NCBI GenBank assembly: GCA_942493075.1
Contig: OW818681.1
Location: 5,622,779-5,686,778, forward strand
Direction: 5' to 3'
Length of the DNA: 64,000 bases
Source of the DNA: an uncultured Verrucomicrobiota bacterium
GTDB lineage: Bacteria > Verrucomicrobiota > Verrucomicrobiia > Limisphaerales > UBA8199
How positions within the stretch are numbered: position 1 is the stretch's first letter; every line of letters begins with the position of its first letter. Below the pieces are notes generated by a model, which saw nothing but the letters and a program-made list of their open reading frames with translations, did not search any database and was not told the DNA's origin. This document shows, one piece after another, positions 1 through 8,468 of this stretch. The position numbers and the translations under genes are program-made.

Positions 1-1451
1 TCAATGGCCCAACTATATACGGTGCTCGCCCTGGAAACCCGTTCCTATATCGCATCCCCGCGCAAGGCGCGCGGCCGATGCGTTTTTCCGCCAAAGGCCT
101 GCCCGACGGTCTAACACTGGAGAAGAGCACCGGCATCATCTCAGGCACCACTCCGGCCAGCGGCGAATATCGTGTCACGCTACACGCATCAAACAGGCAC
201 GGTAAGGATTCCCGCCTTTTCCGCATTCGCTCGGGTGACACACTAGCCCTGACTCCGCCTATGGGATGGAACCATTGGTACGCGCATTACAACCGCGTCA
301 CTGATGAGATGATGCGCCAAGCGGCTGATTTAATGATCTCCAGCGGGATGGCAGATGTGGGTTACCAGTACGTCAACATTGACGATTGCTGGATGAATGC
401 GCCCAAGCATGAGGACCCAAAACGCGTAGGGCCCGCGCGTGACGCACAGGGGCGCATTCTGCCCAACTCCTATTTTCCAGATATGCGCGGCCTGGCTGAT
501 TACATTCACTCCAAGGGATTGAAGGCCGGCCTCTACACATCCCCGGGGCCGTTGACCTGCGCCGGGTTCACCGGGGCATTCGGCTACGAAGAGATGGATG
601 CACAAACGTTCGCCGATTGGGGTTACGATTTCCTTAAGCACGATTGGTGCACCTATGAACGCGTTGCCTCCGGTCGGATGCCTTCCACGAATATTCCAAC
701 CTGGGGCGAGGGAAAAACACGCGATCTCTCCGTGTATCAGTATCCATACCAGGTGATGGGGGAACTCCTCAAGCGGCAACCCCGTGACATCGTTTATAAC
801 CTTTGCCAATACGGCATGGGAAACGTCTGGGAATGGGGAGAAACGGTGGGCGCGCATTGCTGGCGCACTGCGGGTGATCTCGGTTTCGAACTGGATCGGA
901 TCTTTGATGTGGCATTGAAGAATGCCGAGCATCGTGCGTGGTCGCGTCCGGGTGCATGGAATGACCCTGATTACATCCAGATTGGCTGGATCGGAAGCGC
1001 CCATCGCGGTGGTTTGCCTGAGCCGTGTCCGATCACCGGCAACGAACAGTATGCCTACATGTCGCTCTGGGCCTTGATGGCATCGCCCATCTTCTTCAGC
1101 GGCGACATGACGCGCCTGGACGAATTCACACTGAACGTGCTCTCCAACCCGGAGGTGATAGACGTGAATCAGGATGCGCTTGGGCAATCGGGTGCCGTAT
1201 CATTCCTCAATGAAGATACGTTCCTCATGGTAAAGGACCTGGAGGACGGCAGCAAAGCGGTGGGGCTTTTCAACAGAGGTGAGTTCAAACAAAAGGTGAC
1301 TGCGCCCTGGACTGTGCTGGGAGTTCCTGGTCCCCAAAAGGCGCGCGATCTTTGGCGGCAAGAGGATCTGGGCATCTTTCAACGGGAGTTTTCGGCTGAG
1401 GTGCCGCGGCACGGCGTCGTGCTCGTTAAGCTAAAAGCCGCCCACAAATAA
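1..1451 (+). CDS. alpha-galactosidase (GH27 family) with N-terminal putative Ig (He_PIG-like) domain; 5' end outside window
   Basis: The frame of ORF 78..1451 stays open back to nt 3 (NGPTIYGARPGNPFLYRIPAQGARP...), so the gene is 5'-truncated. 'LTPPMGWNHWY...GYQYVNIDDCW' and 'FLKHDWC' match the GH27 catalytic core. 'GLPDGLTLEKSTGIISGT' resembles a putative-Ig repeat. Confidence 0.85.
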   Translation, partial: NGPTIYGARPGNPFLYRIPAQGARPMRFSAKGLPDGLTLEKSTGIISGTTPASGEYRVTLHASNRHGKDSRLFRIRSGDTLALTPPMGWNHWYAHYNRVTDEMMRQAADLMISSGMADVGYQYVNIDDCWMNAPKHEDPKRVGPARDAQGRILPNSYFPDMRGLADYIHSKGLKAGLYTSPGPLTCAGFTGAFGYEEMDAQTFADWGYDFLKHDWCTYERVASGRMPSTNIPTWGEGKTRDLSVYQYPYQVMGELLKRQPRDIVYNLCQYGMGNVWEWGETVGAHCWRTAGDLGFELDRIFDVALKNAEHRAWSRPGAWNDPDYIQIGWIGSAHRGGLPEPCPITGNEQYAYMSLWALMASPIFFSGDMTRLDEFTLNVLSNPEVIDVNQDALGQSGAVSFLNEDTFLMVKDLEDGSKAVGLFNRGEFKQKVTAPWTVLGVPGPQKARDLWRQEDLGIFQREFSAEVPRHGVVLVKLKAAHK

Positions 1452-1460
1452 CCGTTTGCT

Positions 1461-2108
1461 TTAACCTATGGGCAAACCAACCAACCGTCCCATCGCAAAG
1501 TAAGTTACCCCGGTAGCGACACCGATGATCATGCGAATCTGGGGTATTTGCAGGGCGACGATCAGGATAAAGAAACCGTATTGAGCGACGCGGTGATAGG
1601 TCTCATAGCTGATGTTGAAGGCAGCGCGGGCAACCTGTGAACCGTCCAGCGGCGGGATAGGCAGCAGGTTGAAAAAACAGAGTAGGAGGCTCAACCGAGC
1701 GATGTCGGCAAACAAATTAACGGCTGGCTCAGAGCCCGCCAGCATGCCAATCCGAGCTAAAACCAGCAGCCCGAATCCCAGGATAAGGTTCATGCCAGGA
1801 CCAGCTAATGTTACCAGGATGTCATCACGGGTTTTGTGACGGAGATTAAGCGGATTGACCGGCACGGGCTTGGCCCAACCCACCAGAAACTGACCCACCG
1901 GCGAGAAGAAAATCATCACCAGCGGCAGAATTATTGTCCCGAGCAGGTCAATGTGGACCAGTGGATTCAAACTCACACGCCCCTGAAGACGAGCGGTGTC
2001 ATCACCGCACCTGGATGCCATCCACGCGTGGCCGAACTCGTGAAAAGTGAGCAGCACGACCAGGCCCAGGAATAGAATCAAGCCATCAACAATCTGGTTT
2101 TGGTCCAT
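1461..2108 (-). CDS. site-2 protease family (peptidase M50) integral membrane metalloprotease
   Basis: 215 aa. HExxH zinc motif 'HEFGHAW' sits in a hydrophobic segment. Downstream 'NLLPIPPLDG' motif and several TM helices are present. Confidence 0.85.
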   Translation of the reverse strand: MDQNQIVDGLILFLGLVVLLTFHEFGHAWMASRCGDDTARLQGRVSLNPLVHIDLLGTIILPLVMIFFSPVGQFLVGWAKPVPVNPLNLRHKTRDDILVTLAGPGMNLILGFGLLVLARIGMLAGSEPAVNLFADIARLSLLLCFFNLLPIPPLDGSQVARAAFNISYETYHRVAQYGFFILIVALQIPQIRMIIGVATGVTYFAMGRLVGLPIG

Positions 2109-2181
2109 GTGCGTTTAACAATGTAAAAAACGAGCAATCGGCAAAAAACGTTTGCCCCATCTCAGCATCCGCGGTGTACTG

Positions 2182-3972
2182 TTAATGATACTCCTGCAGC
2201 GTCTTTACGGCATAGCCGTTTTGGCGCAATGCAGCGATGCCTAATGCCATTGCACGGGCGCCGCTCATTGTGGTCATGATAGGGGTGCCGGTGTAAACGG
2301 CGGTGGTGCGGATCTTCACTTCATCCGCCCGCGGTGTTTGACCTGTGGGCGTGTTGATCACGAGCTGGATCTCGCGGTTCTTGAGCAGGTCGATTGGATT
2401 GGGACGGCCTTCCGAAAGCTTGCACACGCGACGCACCTTTAGCCCGGCTTTTTCGAGGGCAGCCGCCGTTCCGGAGGTCGCCACTAACTCGAAACCGAGA
2501 TCGTTGAACAGCGTGCCAATCTCCGGCAGCTCATCCTTATGTGCATCGCTCACACTGATGAAGACTCTGCCGCTCAAGGGGGGCGGAGAACCGGCCGCCA
2601 TTTGCGATTTGGAATAGGCGATGCCCAAATCGGCATCCAGCCCCATCACTTCTCCGGTCGAACGCATCTCCGGGGAGAGCAGGATATCCTGTCCATGAAA
2701 TCGGTTGAACGGAAACACCGACTCTTTCACGGCCCAATACTTGGGCCAGATTTCCTGAGTAAACCCGAGTTCCTTGAGGGTCTTGCCGGCCATGACCTTC
2801 GCGGCCAATTTGGCCAGAGGCACGCCGATGGCCTTGCTCACAAACGGAACCGTGCGCGAAGCACGCGGATTGACTTCCAATACATACACCGTGCTGCCTT
2901 TGACGGCATACTGCACGTTCATCAAGCCGATCACCCTGAGTTCCCGGGCCATCGCGTGGGTGTACTCCCGGATGACCTGGATGATTTCCTTGGAAAGAGT
3001 GTGCGCCGGCAAAACCATCGCGGCGTCGCCGGAATGGACCCCCGCAAATTCCACGTGCTCCAGCATCCCGCCAATCACATTGGTGCCTTGAGACGGGTCA
3101 TCAAAATGTCCGACATCGGAGATGCAATCCACGTCCACTTCGGTGGCGTCTTCAAGGAACTTATCCACCAGCACAGGGCGCTCGGGCGAAGCCTCAACGG
3201 CGAACCGCATGTAATGCTGCAGTTCGGCGTCTGAATAAACAATTTGCATGGCCCGCCCACCCAGAACGAAGCTCGGGCGAACGAGCACCGGGTAGGTGAG
3301 CTTGTGAGCTGCCTCCAGAGCCTCGGCCTCATTTGTCGCAATGCCGTTTGGCGGTTGCGGGATATCGAGCTTCCGCAGCATCGCGGCAAACAGCTTGCGA
3401 TCTTCGGCTACCTCGATGCTTTGCGGTGAGGTTCCGATGATATTAACGCCGTTCTTCTGAAGACCAAGCGCCAGGTTAAGCGGGGTCTGCCCGCCAAACT
3501 GAGCGATCGCCCCCCAGCACTTCTCACGCTCATAGATATGGAGCACATCTTCGAGTGTGAGTGGTTCGAAAAACAGTTTGTCGCTGGTATCGTAGTCGGT
3601 AGAAACAGTCTCCGGGTTGGAGTTGACCATCAGCGTCTCAAAGCCGTCCTCCTTGAGGGCGAAAGCGGCATGCACGCAACAATAGTCGAACTCGATGCCC
3701 TGCCCGATTCGGTTGGGCCCGCCACCCAGGATCATCACCTTCTTGGTATCCGTGACACGCACTTCGTCATCCCCACGGTCGTAAGTGGAGTAGAAGTAAG
3801 GGGTATATGCCTCAAACTCAGCCGCACAGGTATCAACCAGGCGATAGCTGGGCACGAGACCGAGGCGCTTCCGCTCGGCACGGATCTGGTCTTCCGTCTG
3901 GCCGGTCAGATGTGCGATCTGGCGGTCGGAGAAACCCAGGGATTTGGCTTTGGCTAACTTTTCAGCGTTCAT
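2182..3972 (-). CDS. carB: carbamoyl-phosphate synthase large subunit, C-terminal half only (split carB)
   Basis: 'VDTCAAEF', 'GGGPNRIGQGIEFDYCCVHA' and 'MVNSNPETVSTDYDTSDKLFFEPLT' align, from memory, with E. coli CarB from about residue 490 to the end (second ATP-grasp plus MGS-like allosteric domain). Start set at ATG 3972 (MNAEKLAKAK). The ORF-track start at 4116 adds 48 non-homologous residues. Confidence 0.85.
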   Translation of the reverse strand: MNAEKLAKAKSLGFSDRQIAHLTGQTEDQIRAERKRLGLVPSYRLVDTCAAEFEAYTPYFYSTYDRGDDEVRVTDTKKVMILGGGPNRIGQGIEFDYCCVHAAFALKEDGFETLMVNSNPETVSTDYDTSDKLFFEPLTLEDVLHIYEREKCWGAIAQFGGQTPLNLALGLQKNGVNIIGTSPQSIEVAEDRKLFAAMLRKLDIPQPPNGIATNEAEALEAAHKLTYPVLVRPSFVLGGRAMQIVYSDAELQHYMRFAVEASPERPVLVDKFLEDATEVDVDCISDVGHFDDPSQGTNVIGGMLEHVEFAGVHSGDAAMVLPAHTLSKEIIQVIREYTHAMARELRVIGLMNVQYAVKGSTVYVLEVNPRASRTVPFVSKAIGVPLAKLAAKVMAGKTLKELGFTQEIWPKYWAVKESVFPFNRFHGQDILLSPEMRSTGEVMGLDADLGIAYSKSQMAAGSPPPLSGRVFISVSDAHKDELPEIGTLFNDLGFELVATSGTAAALEKAGLKVRRVCKLSEGRPNPIDLLKNREIQLVINTPTGQTPRADEVKIRTTAVYTGTPIMTTMSGARAMALGIAALRQNGYAVKTLQEYH

Positions 3973-4099
3973 TCGGGTCGCAACAAAACGGGGCAAAGTA
4001 AGCCTGAAAAAACGTCTGGTGTCGAGGTTTGAGTGGCGAAGCTCCGTTCGATGGTTTGATCCCTGGTAGAGGGACCTTCGGGCGGTTTGGCGGTTCGCG

Positions 4100-4402
4100 C
4101 TACCGCTTCTTGGCAACTTTCAGCTTGGTCTTGGCCAGTTTTGGCGTTTTGGCCTTCCCATTCGAGGCCAGTTTGTTGTTTGAAGCCGCTTTGCTTTTTC
4201 CTTTGGCAACCCGGGAGCTGACTTTGCCCACCTGGCTGGCCAGGGTTTTCTCTGTGTGCTCACGCCAAATGGCGCGGCATTCACAGTTTTTGTTGGGGCA
4301 AGCGGCCAGCCGGGCGAGGGTTTGCCGGCGGGCACGAACCAGGGAATTGAGTTTTAAAAGCTCTGCTTCGAGTTCGAAAATCTTACGCTCTTTACTTTTC
4401 AT
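4100..4402 (-). CDS. hypothetical small protein: N-terminal coiled coil, CxxxxCxC motif, lysine-rich basic tail
   Basis: Start placed at MKSKERKIFELEAELLKL. Contains 'CPNKNCEC' and a C-terminal K/A-rich tail (KGKSKAASNNK...KTKLKVAKKR). I recognise no family; the coding call rests on ORF length and amino-acid composition only. Confidence 0.4.
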   Translation of the reverse strand: MKSKERKIFELEAELLKLNSLVRARRQTLARLAACPNKNCECRAIWREHTEKTLASQVGKVSSRVAKGKSKAASNNKLASNGKAKTPKLAKTKLKVAKKR

Positions 4403-4534
4403 CGTGTGTCGATCACCCCAAAGATAGCGCGTAAACATCGATTTGTCATTCGGCAGTTTTACGGGGTGGAAAGTGGGCAAGTGGGTCTTTTACCCGGGAT
4501 GCCGGTTTGACGATTACTCAACTCTGGTTTAGGT

Positions 4535-5203
4535 GTGAGCAAATTGGACAACACAAGTCATCATGCGCCCTGGGTGGCCAAGCTGCCGAAAATGAGCCCT
4601 GTTCGGGCTTTTGCGACCGTGTTCATGGCTGTGTTTCTTCTAATTCTTCTCATAAGCGCTGTGATCACCTTTACACAGCCGCAGACCTTCATGGCATCCG
4701 CACGGGTGCTGCTTCCAACCAGCGACTCCTCCGCAGCCGACTACTTTATTTCGACGGAAGTGCTGAAACATGTCTCTCAGGATCTGGATCTGCCTAATCG
4801 TTTAGCCCAGGATTACGGTGAGGAAACCCAAATAAATGAAGAACGGGTGCTGAATTTGCTGCGCCGGACCGTTCAACTGCGTCCGCCCAGCCGCGGAGCT
4901 GTGCTGGAAATCCGAGCGTATGGCCGGACACCGAAAGATTGTGCGGAATTGGCAAACGCGGTAGCAGAACGGGCGCCTGGACTAAAAAGCCCGTCAGGTT
5001 TCGCGCGCCTTATAGAAAGAGCGTTACCTCCGACAAAACCAGCGCGTCCAAACGTGGCTCTCAATTTGGTTTTGGGAGCCGTCGTCGGCGCTTTTTTGGG
5101 CACGATGGCTGGCGGCGTCGGAGCAAAGCTTGCGGTGGGTTTTGATGGCAAAGCGCCAGGAGGCGACGGCGGTGGTCGAAATTTACCGGTCGAGCAGCTT
5201 TAA
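4535..5203 (+). CDS. Wzz/GumC-like polysaccharide chain-length determinant N-terminal domain protein (short)
   Basis: TM helix near the N terminus (FATVFMAVFLLILLISAV) followed by 'QPQTFMASARVLL'. A second C-terminal TM follows a Pro-rich motif (LPPTKPARPNVALNLVLGAVVGAFLG), which is the Wzz-type topology. GTG start in the track; the true start is uncertain. Confidence 0.5.
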   Translation: MSKLDNTSHHAPWVAKLPKMSPVRAFATVFMAVFLLILLISAVITFTQPQTFMASARVLLPTSDSSAADYFISTEVLKHVSQDLDLPNRLAQDYGEETQINEERVLNLLRRTVQLRPPSRGAVLEIRAYGRTPKDCAELANAVAERAPGLKSPSGFARLIERALPPTKPARPNVALNLVLGAVVGAFLGTMAGGVGAKLAVGFDGKAPGGDGGGRNLPVEQL

Positions 5204-6091
5204 TCCGCGCAGCCACTTCTCCGCCAGTTCGGGCCAGCCAGTGATTGGATCCGCCGTGCGGCGCAACCCGTAACCGTGCCCTCCTTCGGCGTACACATGC
5301 AGTTCCGCTGACACTTTGGCCTGTTGCAAGGCCAGGTAATAATTGACTGTGCCAGCGACGGGAATTGGGTCGTTTCCGGCATGCACCAGAAAAGCGGGTG
5401 GCGATTCTGGCCCGACCATTACTTCAGGGGCGAGCACAGGGAAATCTGTCTTAACAAGATACGCCGGGTAAATGAGCATTAGGAAATCGGGGCGGCAGCT
5501 CGTTTCGTCTGCTGCGTCGATCTTCTCATAAGTGCGCTTCGATCCGGCGGCGCATGCCACGGCGCTCAGGTGTCCGCCTGCGGAGAATCCCATAATCCCG
5601 ATGCGTTTGGCATTGAGCTTGAGATCGCCCGCACGGCTGCGCAACAATCCGAGCGCGCGTTGTGCATCTTGCAGGGGCGCGTCGTAACGTTCACGATCGG
5701 GCCGCTTTGGCACGCGATACTTGAGCAACCCGGCGGTCACACCGATGGAGTTGAGCCATTGTGCGACTTCCTCACCTTCCAGGTCGTATGCCAGGATATT
5801 GTAGCCGCCACCCGGACAGATTATCACCGCAGCGCCAGTGGCCTTTTCCGCAGCGGCCGGGTAAATGGTAAGTGTGGGTTTTGAGACATTCCCCAGACGC
5901 ACAACTGATTTTCCGCCGACTGCCCGGCCATCAGCACCTGTTGTGTCTTGTTCAGGTGGGAGCTCGGCTTTATCTCCAGGAGGTTGTCCCGGCCATAGGT
6001 TGATGGGAGCAAGCGGAGCGGCATTCGAAACGAAGGCGATGAACAAAATGCCCAGGCAAACGGAAGTGCTAACCCGAATAGCAGCGCGCAT
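5183..6091 (-). CDS. secreted alpha/beta hydrolase (esterase/lipase-type, GxSxG)
   Basis: Signal peptide begins at ATG 6091 (MRAAIRVSTSVCLGILFIAFVSNA). 'CPGGGY' oxyanion-type motif, nucleophile elbow 'GFSAGGH', and a C-terminal 'GGHGY' His region. The track start at 6112 is TTG. Confidence 0.75.
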   Translation of the reverse strand: MRAAIRVSTSVCLGILFIAFVSNAAPLAPINLWPGQPPGDKAELPPEQDTTGADGRAVGGKSVVRLGNVSKPTLTIYPAAAEKATGAAVIICPGGGYNILAYDLEGEEVAQWLNSIGVTAGLLKYRVPKRPDRERYDAPLQDAQRALGLLRSRAGDLKLNAKRIGIMGFSAGGHLSAVACAAGSKRTYEKIDAADETSCRPDFLMLIYPAYLVKTDFPVLAPEVMVGPESPPAFLVHAGNDPIPVAGTVNYYLALQQAKVSAELHVYAEGGHGYGLRRTADPITGWPELAEKWLRGLKLLDR

Positions 6092-6388
6092 AATGAAGCC
6101 ATTATGCGGCAAACACCCCGTACGGCAAGGCGGCTGAAGGGCTGTCTCTGGTCTTTTGAAAGTCCTTCGCTGACAACTTGGATGAAAGGCGCGTGATGAC
6201 AGGAAAGGTGCAAATCGCGCTCCACACTCTGATCCACTCCTCGAAATGGCCCTTGAACATCTCGTTGAATTCAGGACAGACCGGGATGGTAATGCATGAC
6301 TCAGGATTGTTGTTGGAAGCAGGATTTACCCATGCCGGCACGTATCGAAATCCGCACTGTCGGAAGCCTCCACGCCCCTTTAATTTCA

Positions 6389-6438
6389 TCCTGGTTCATC
6401 GGGTTGGCGCTCTCTGGCGCCAACCCGATGAACCAGGA
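6389..6438. repeat. perfect 22-bp-stem palindrome (hairpin), 6-nt loop
   Basis: tCCTGGTTCATCGGGTTGGCGC-tctctg-GCGCCAACCCGATGAACCAGGa. It lies 90 nt downstream of the stop of the sigma54 activator gene, in a 415-bp non-coding gap. No clear U-tract on either strand. Confidence 0.9.
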
Positions 6439-6528
6439 GTAGTTCTTGTTTCGGATCCTTTCCAACAGTACTGATCTAAAGTGCCACCCCCCCACGATTC
6501 AAACATCCCGTAAGCACCACACCGTTAG

Positions 6529-8031
6529 CTAGGCTGCCGGAGGCGCTGCCGATTCTTCCGGCTCTGTCTCGGCAGGCTCCTCAGTGGCGCTTCCTCCTGC
6601 GTACTCATTCAACTTGTTACGCAAAGTGCGGACACTGATTTCCAGAACCCGCGCTGCCTGGGTGCGGTTATTGTTGCAGCGGGCTAGCGCGGAAATGATG
6701 TGCTGCTTTTCAAGCTCCGCCAAGGTTAGGAAGTTCTGCGCGGGTGCGGGAGCCGCCGAGGGCTCGGGTGCAGCAGGTGCTGCTGCAGGAGCGCTGGTTT
6801 GCGGAACCGCGGACGCAGGCTGAGGTGTCAGAGGCTGTACCTCGCGGGGAATGACAGGCGCAAGAATAGTGGTCAGACCGAGATGCTCTCCTTCCACCAC
6901 GTGCCCATCGCCGCACAGAATCACGGCGCGTTCAATGACGTTCTGCAACTCACGCACATTGCCCGGCCATGAATGATTGCGCAAGGTGGCCAGGCAGGTA
7001 TCCGAGATTGCGCGCGCACCGACACCGTGTTTACGAGAGAAGCGCTGGAGGAAGCGGCTGGCCAAAACGGGGATATCCTCACGGCGCTCGCGTAAAGGCG
7101 GCACCTGAATCGGAACCACGTTTAGCCGGAAAAACAAGTCCTGCCGGAATTCCTTGCGCTCGACGCTCTGCTCAAGATGCCGGTTCGTCGTAGCCAGCAC
7201 GCGGACATCCACCTTGATGGTGCGATTGCCGCCCACGCGTTCGAACTCGCGTTCCTGCAGGACGCGCAGCAACTTGGCCTGCACCTGCGGGGAAATCTCG
7301 CTGATTTCGTCCAGCAGGATGGTACCTCCATGAGCGAGCTCAAACCGGCCCTCACGTTTGTTCAAGGCACCCGTGAAAGCGCCGCGCTCGTGACCGAAGA
7401 ATTCACTTTCGATCAGGTTTTCAGGGATGGCCGCGCAGTTAATCTTAATGAAAGGAGCATTGGCGCGCGGGCTCTCATTATACAGGGCGCGGGCGACTAA
7501 TTCTTTGCCGGTTCCGCTTTCGCCCTGGATCAAAGCAGTGGCTTGTGTGCGGCCGACTTTGCGAATGAGCTGCCGCAACTGTTCCATAGCGGGGCTATCC
7601 CCGAGCAACTCATAACCAGAGTCTTCGTCTTCGCGACTCAGGTATTGGTTCACCCGCAGGATTTGGGTGAAGTTCTCGGCTTTCTTCAGAACGATATCGA
7701 GCTGATCGATTGAGAACGGCTTGATCAGGTAGTCGAACGCACCATTGCGCATGCATTCCACGGCTGATTCAACCGAGCCGAAACCTGTGGTAATGACGGC
7801 GAGTGGGCGTTGCGGTCGACTTTGCAGCGCTTTGAGGAGATCGGTTCCTTCGCCATCGGGCAGGCGCACGTCGAGAAAGACAAGGTCGAAGTTGTCTTTA
7901 GCGAGGTATTCCTCGGCAGCAGCAAGGGTACTGACCGCCGCGACGTCATAGCGGCGAGCCCGGAGGTGTTGCTCCAAGCTTTTTCGGGCGATCAGTTCAT
8001 CTTCCAGGACGATAATTTTTTCAATGGGCAT
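6529..8031 (-). CDS. sigma54-dependent response regulator (NtrC family: REC + AAA+ + Fis-type HTH)
   Basis: REC domain from MPIEKIIVLEDE with acceptor in 'VFLDVRLPDG'. Walker A 'GESGTGKE', sigma54-contact 'GAFTGA', 'ESEFFGHERGAFTGA', and a C-terminal HTH 'NNRTQAARVLEISVRTLRNKL'. Start set at ATG 8031, since the track start at 8256 adds 75 non-homologous aa. Confidence 0.9.
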   Translation of the reverse strand: MPIEKIIVLEDELIARKSLEQHLRARRYDVAAVSTLAAAEEYLAKDNFDLVFLDVRLPDGEGTDLLKALQSRPQRPLAVITTGFGSVESAVECMRNGAFDYLIKPFSIDQLDIVLKKAENFTQILRVNQYLSREDEDSGYELLGDSPAMEQLRQLIRKVGRTQATALIQGESGTGKELVARALYNESPRANAPFIKINCAAIPENLIESEFFGHERGAFTGALNKREGRFELAHGGTILLDEISEISPQVQAKLLRVLQEREFERVGGNRTIKVDVRVLATTNRHLEQSVERKEFRQDLFFRLNVVPIQVPPLRERREDIPVLASRFLQRFSRKHGVGARAISDTCLATLRNHSWPGNVRELQNVIERAVILCGDGHVVEGEHLGLTTILAPVIPREVQPLTPQPASAVPQTSAPAAAPAAPEPSAAPAPAQNFLTLAELEKQHIISALARCNNNRTQAARVLEISVRTLRNKLNEYAGGSATEEPAETEPEESAAPPAA

Positions 8032-8036
8032 CGGAG

Positions 8037-8468
8037 CTAACCGGTCGCATGCCGGAGGTACAGACCGCTCACGAAATGGGGCTGCTGCGCCTGCGGGGGC
8101 GATAGGTGCCGAACCGGCAGAAAGCCACGGCGCGCCAGCAACTGTTCGTTGTCGCGATCCAACATGATGACTTTCATTGTGAGGTTCAGCAGGCTCTGGA
8201 TCAAATCTGAAATTCCACTTTCGGCAGATCGTTGGGCAGGCGTCATTTGCTGCCAAGCCGCCCGGTGGGGGGCGATGACCTTCAAAAACTCGTTTAAATT
8301 GGTCAGAAATCTCCGCCGGGACTCCTGCACTTCCTTCGGCGAGATCTCCGCTTCACTCTGCAGCCGCTCATTTTCCTGGGTCACAGTCTGCAACATGCCT
8401 TCGCAAGCACGATAATGTTGCAGCAGGACGTGGCGCAACGCGTCGGATGTAGAGGTGGGAGGATTCAT
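8037..8468 (-). CDS. hypothetical helical protein (weak FlgN-like resemblance)
   Basis: 143 aa from MNPPTSTSD. Its start overlaps the stop of the upstream TPR gene in ATGA (8465-8468), and its stop is 5 nt before the EBP start. Helical, Q/L/E-rich. The family assignment is not secure. Confidence 0.5.
   Translation of the reverse strand: MNPPTSTSDALRHVLLQHYRACEGMLQTVTQENERLQSEAEISPKEVQESRRRFLTNLNEFLKVIAPHRAAWQQMTPAQRSAESGISDLIQSLLNLTMKVIMLDRDNEQLLARRGFLPVRHLSPPQAQQPHFVSGLYLRHATG

Noticed and set aside
330-1187. Long antisense ORFs inside well-supported genes: 330..1187, 9026..9736, 16891..17706, 29109..29942, 33492..34310, 36186..37040, 39782..40495, 52781..53560 and 54552..55307.
   Set aside because: Each lies opposite a gene with clear family motifs. 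Their translations are R/G/P/H-rich low-complexity sequence with no recognisable motifs. Long stop-free antisense frames are expected at this GC content.
3973-4116. N-terminal extensions given by the ORF track for carB (to 4116), the sigma54 EBP (to 8256), the helical protein (to 8558), cheA (from 16267), the mcp (from 18978), the LuxR regulator (to 38432), rplM (to 55454) and CNNM (from 33015).
   Set aside because: Homology starts at an internal ATG in every case. The extensions overlap the preceding gene or read as non-protein-like sequence, so starts were moved to the internal ATG.
6440-6528. tRNA-like T-arm (..GATTCAAAC.. / GTTTGAATC on the - strand) and a C7 run near 6487-6493.
   Set aside because: The flanking bases do not form a T-stem, and no acceptor or anticodon arms can be drawn. 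I found no tRNA, rRNA or tmRNA signature in any intergenic gap.
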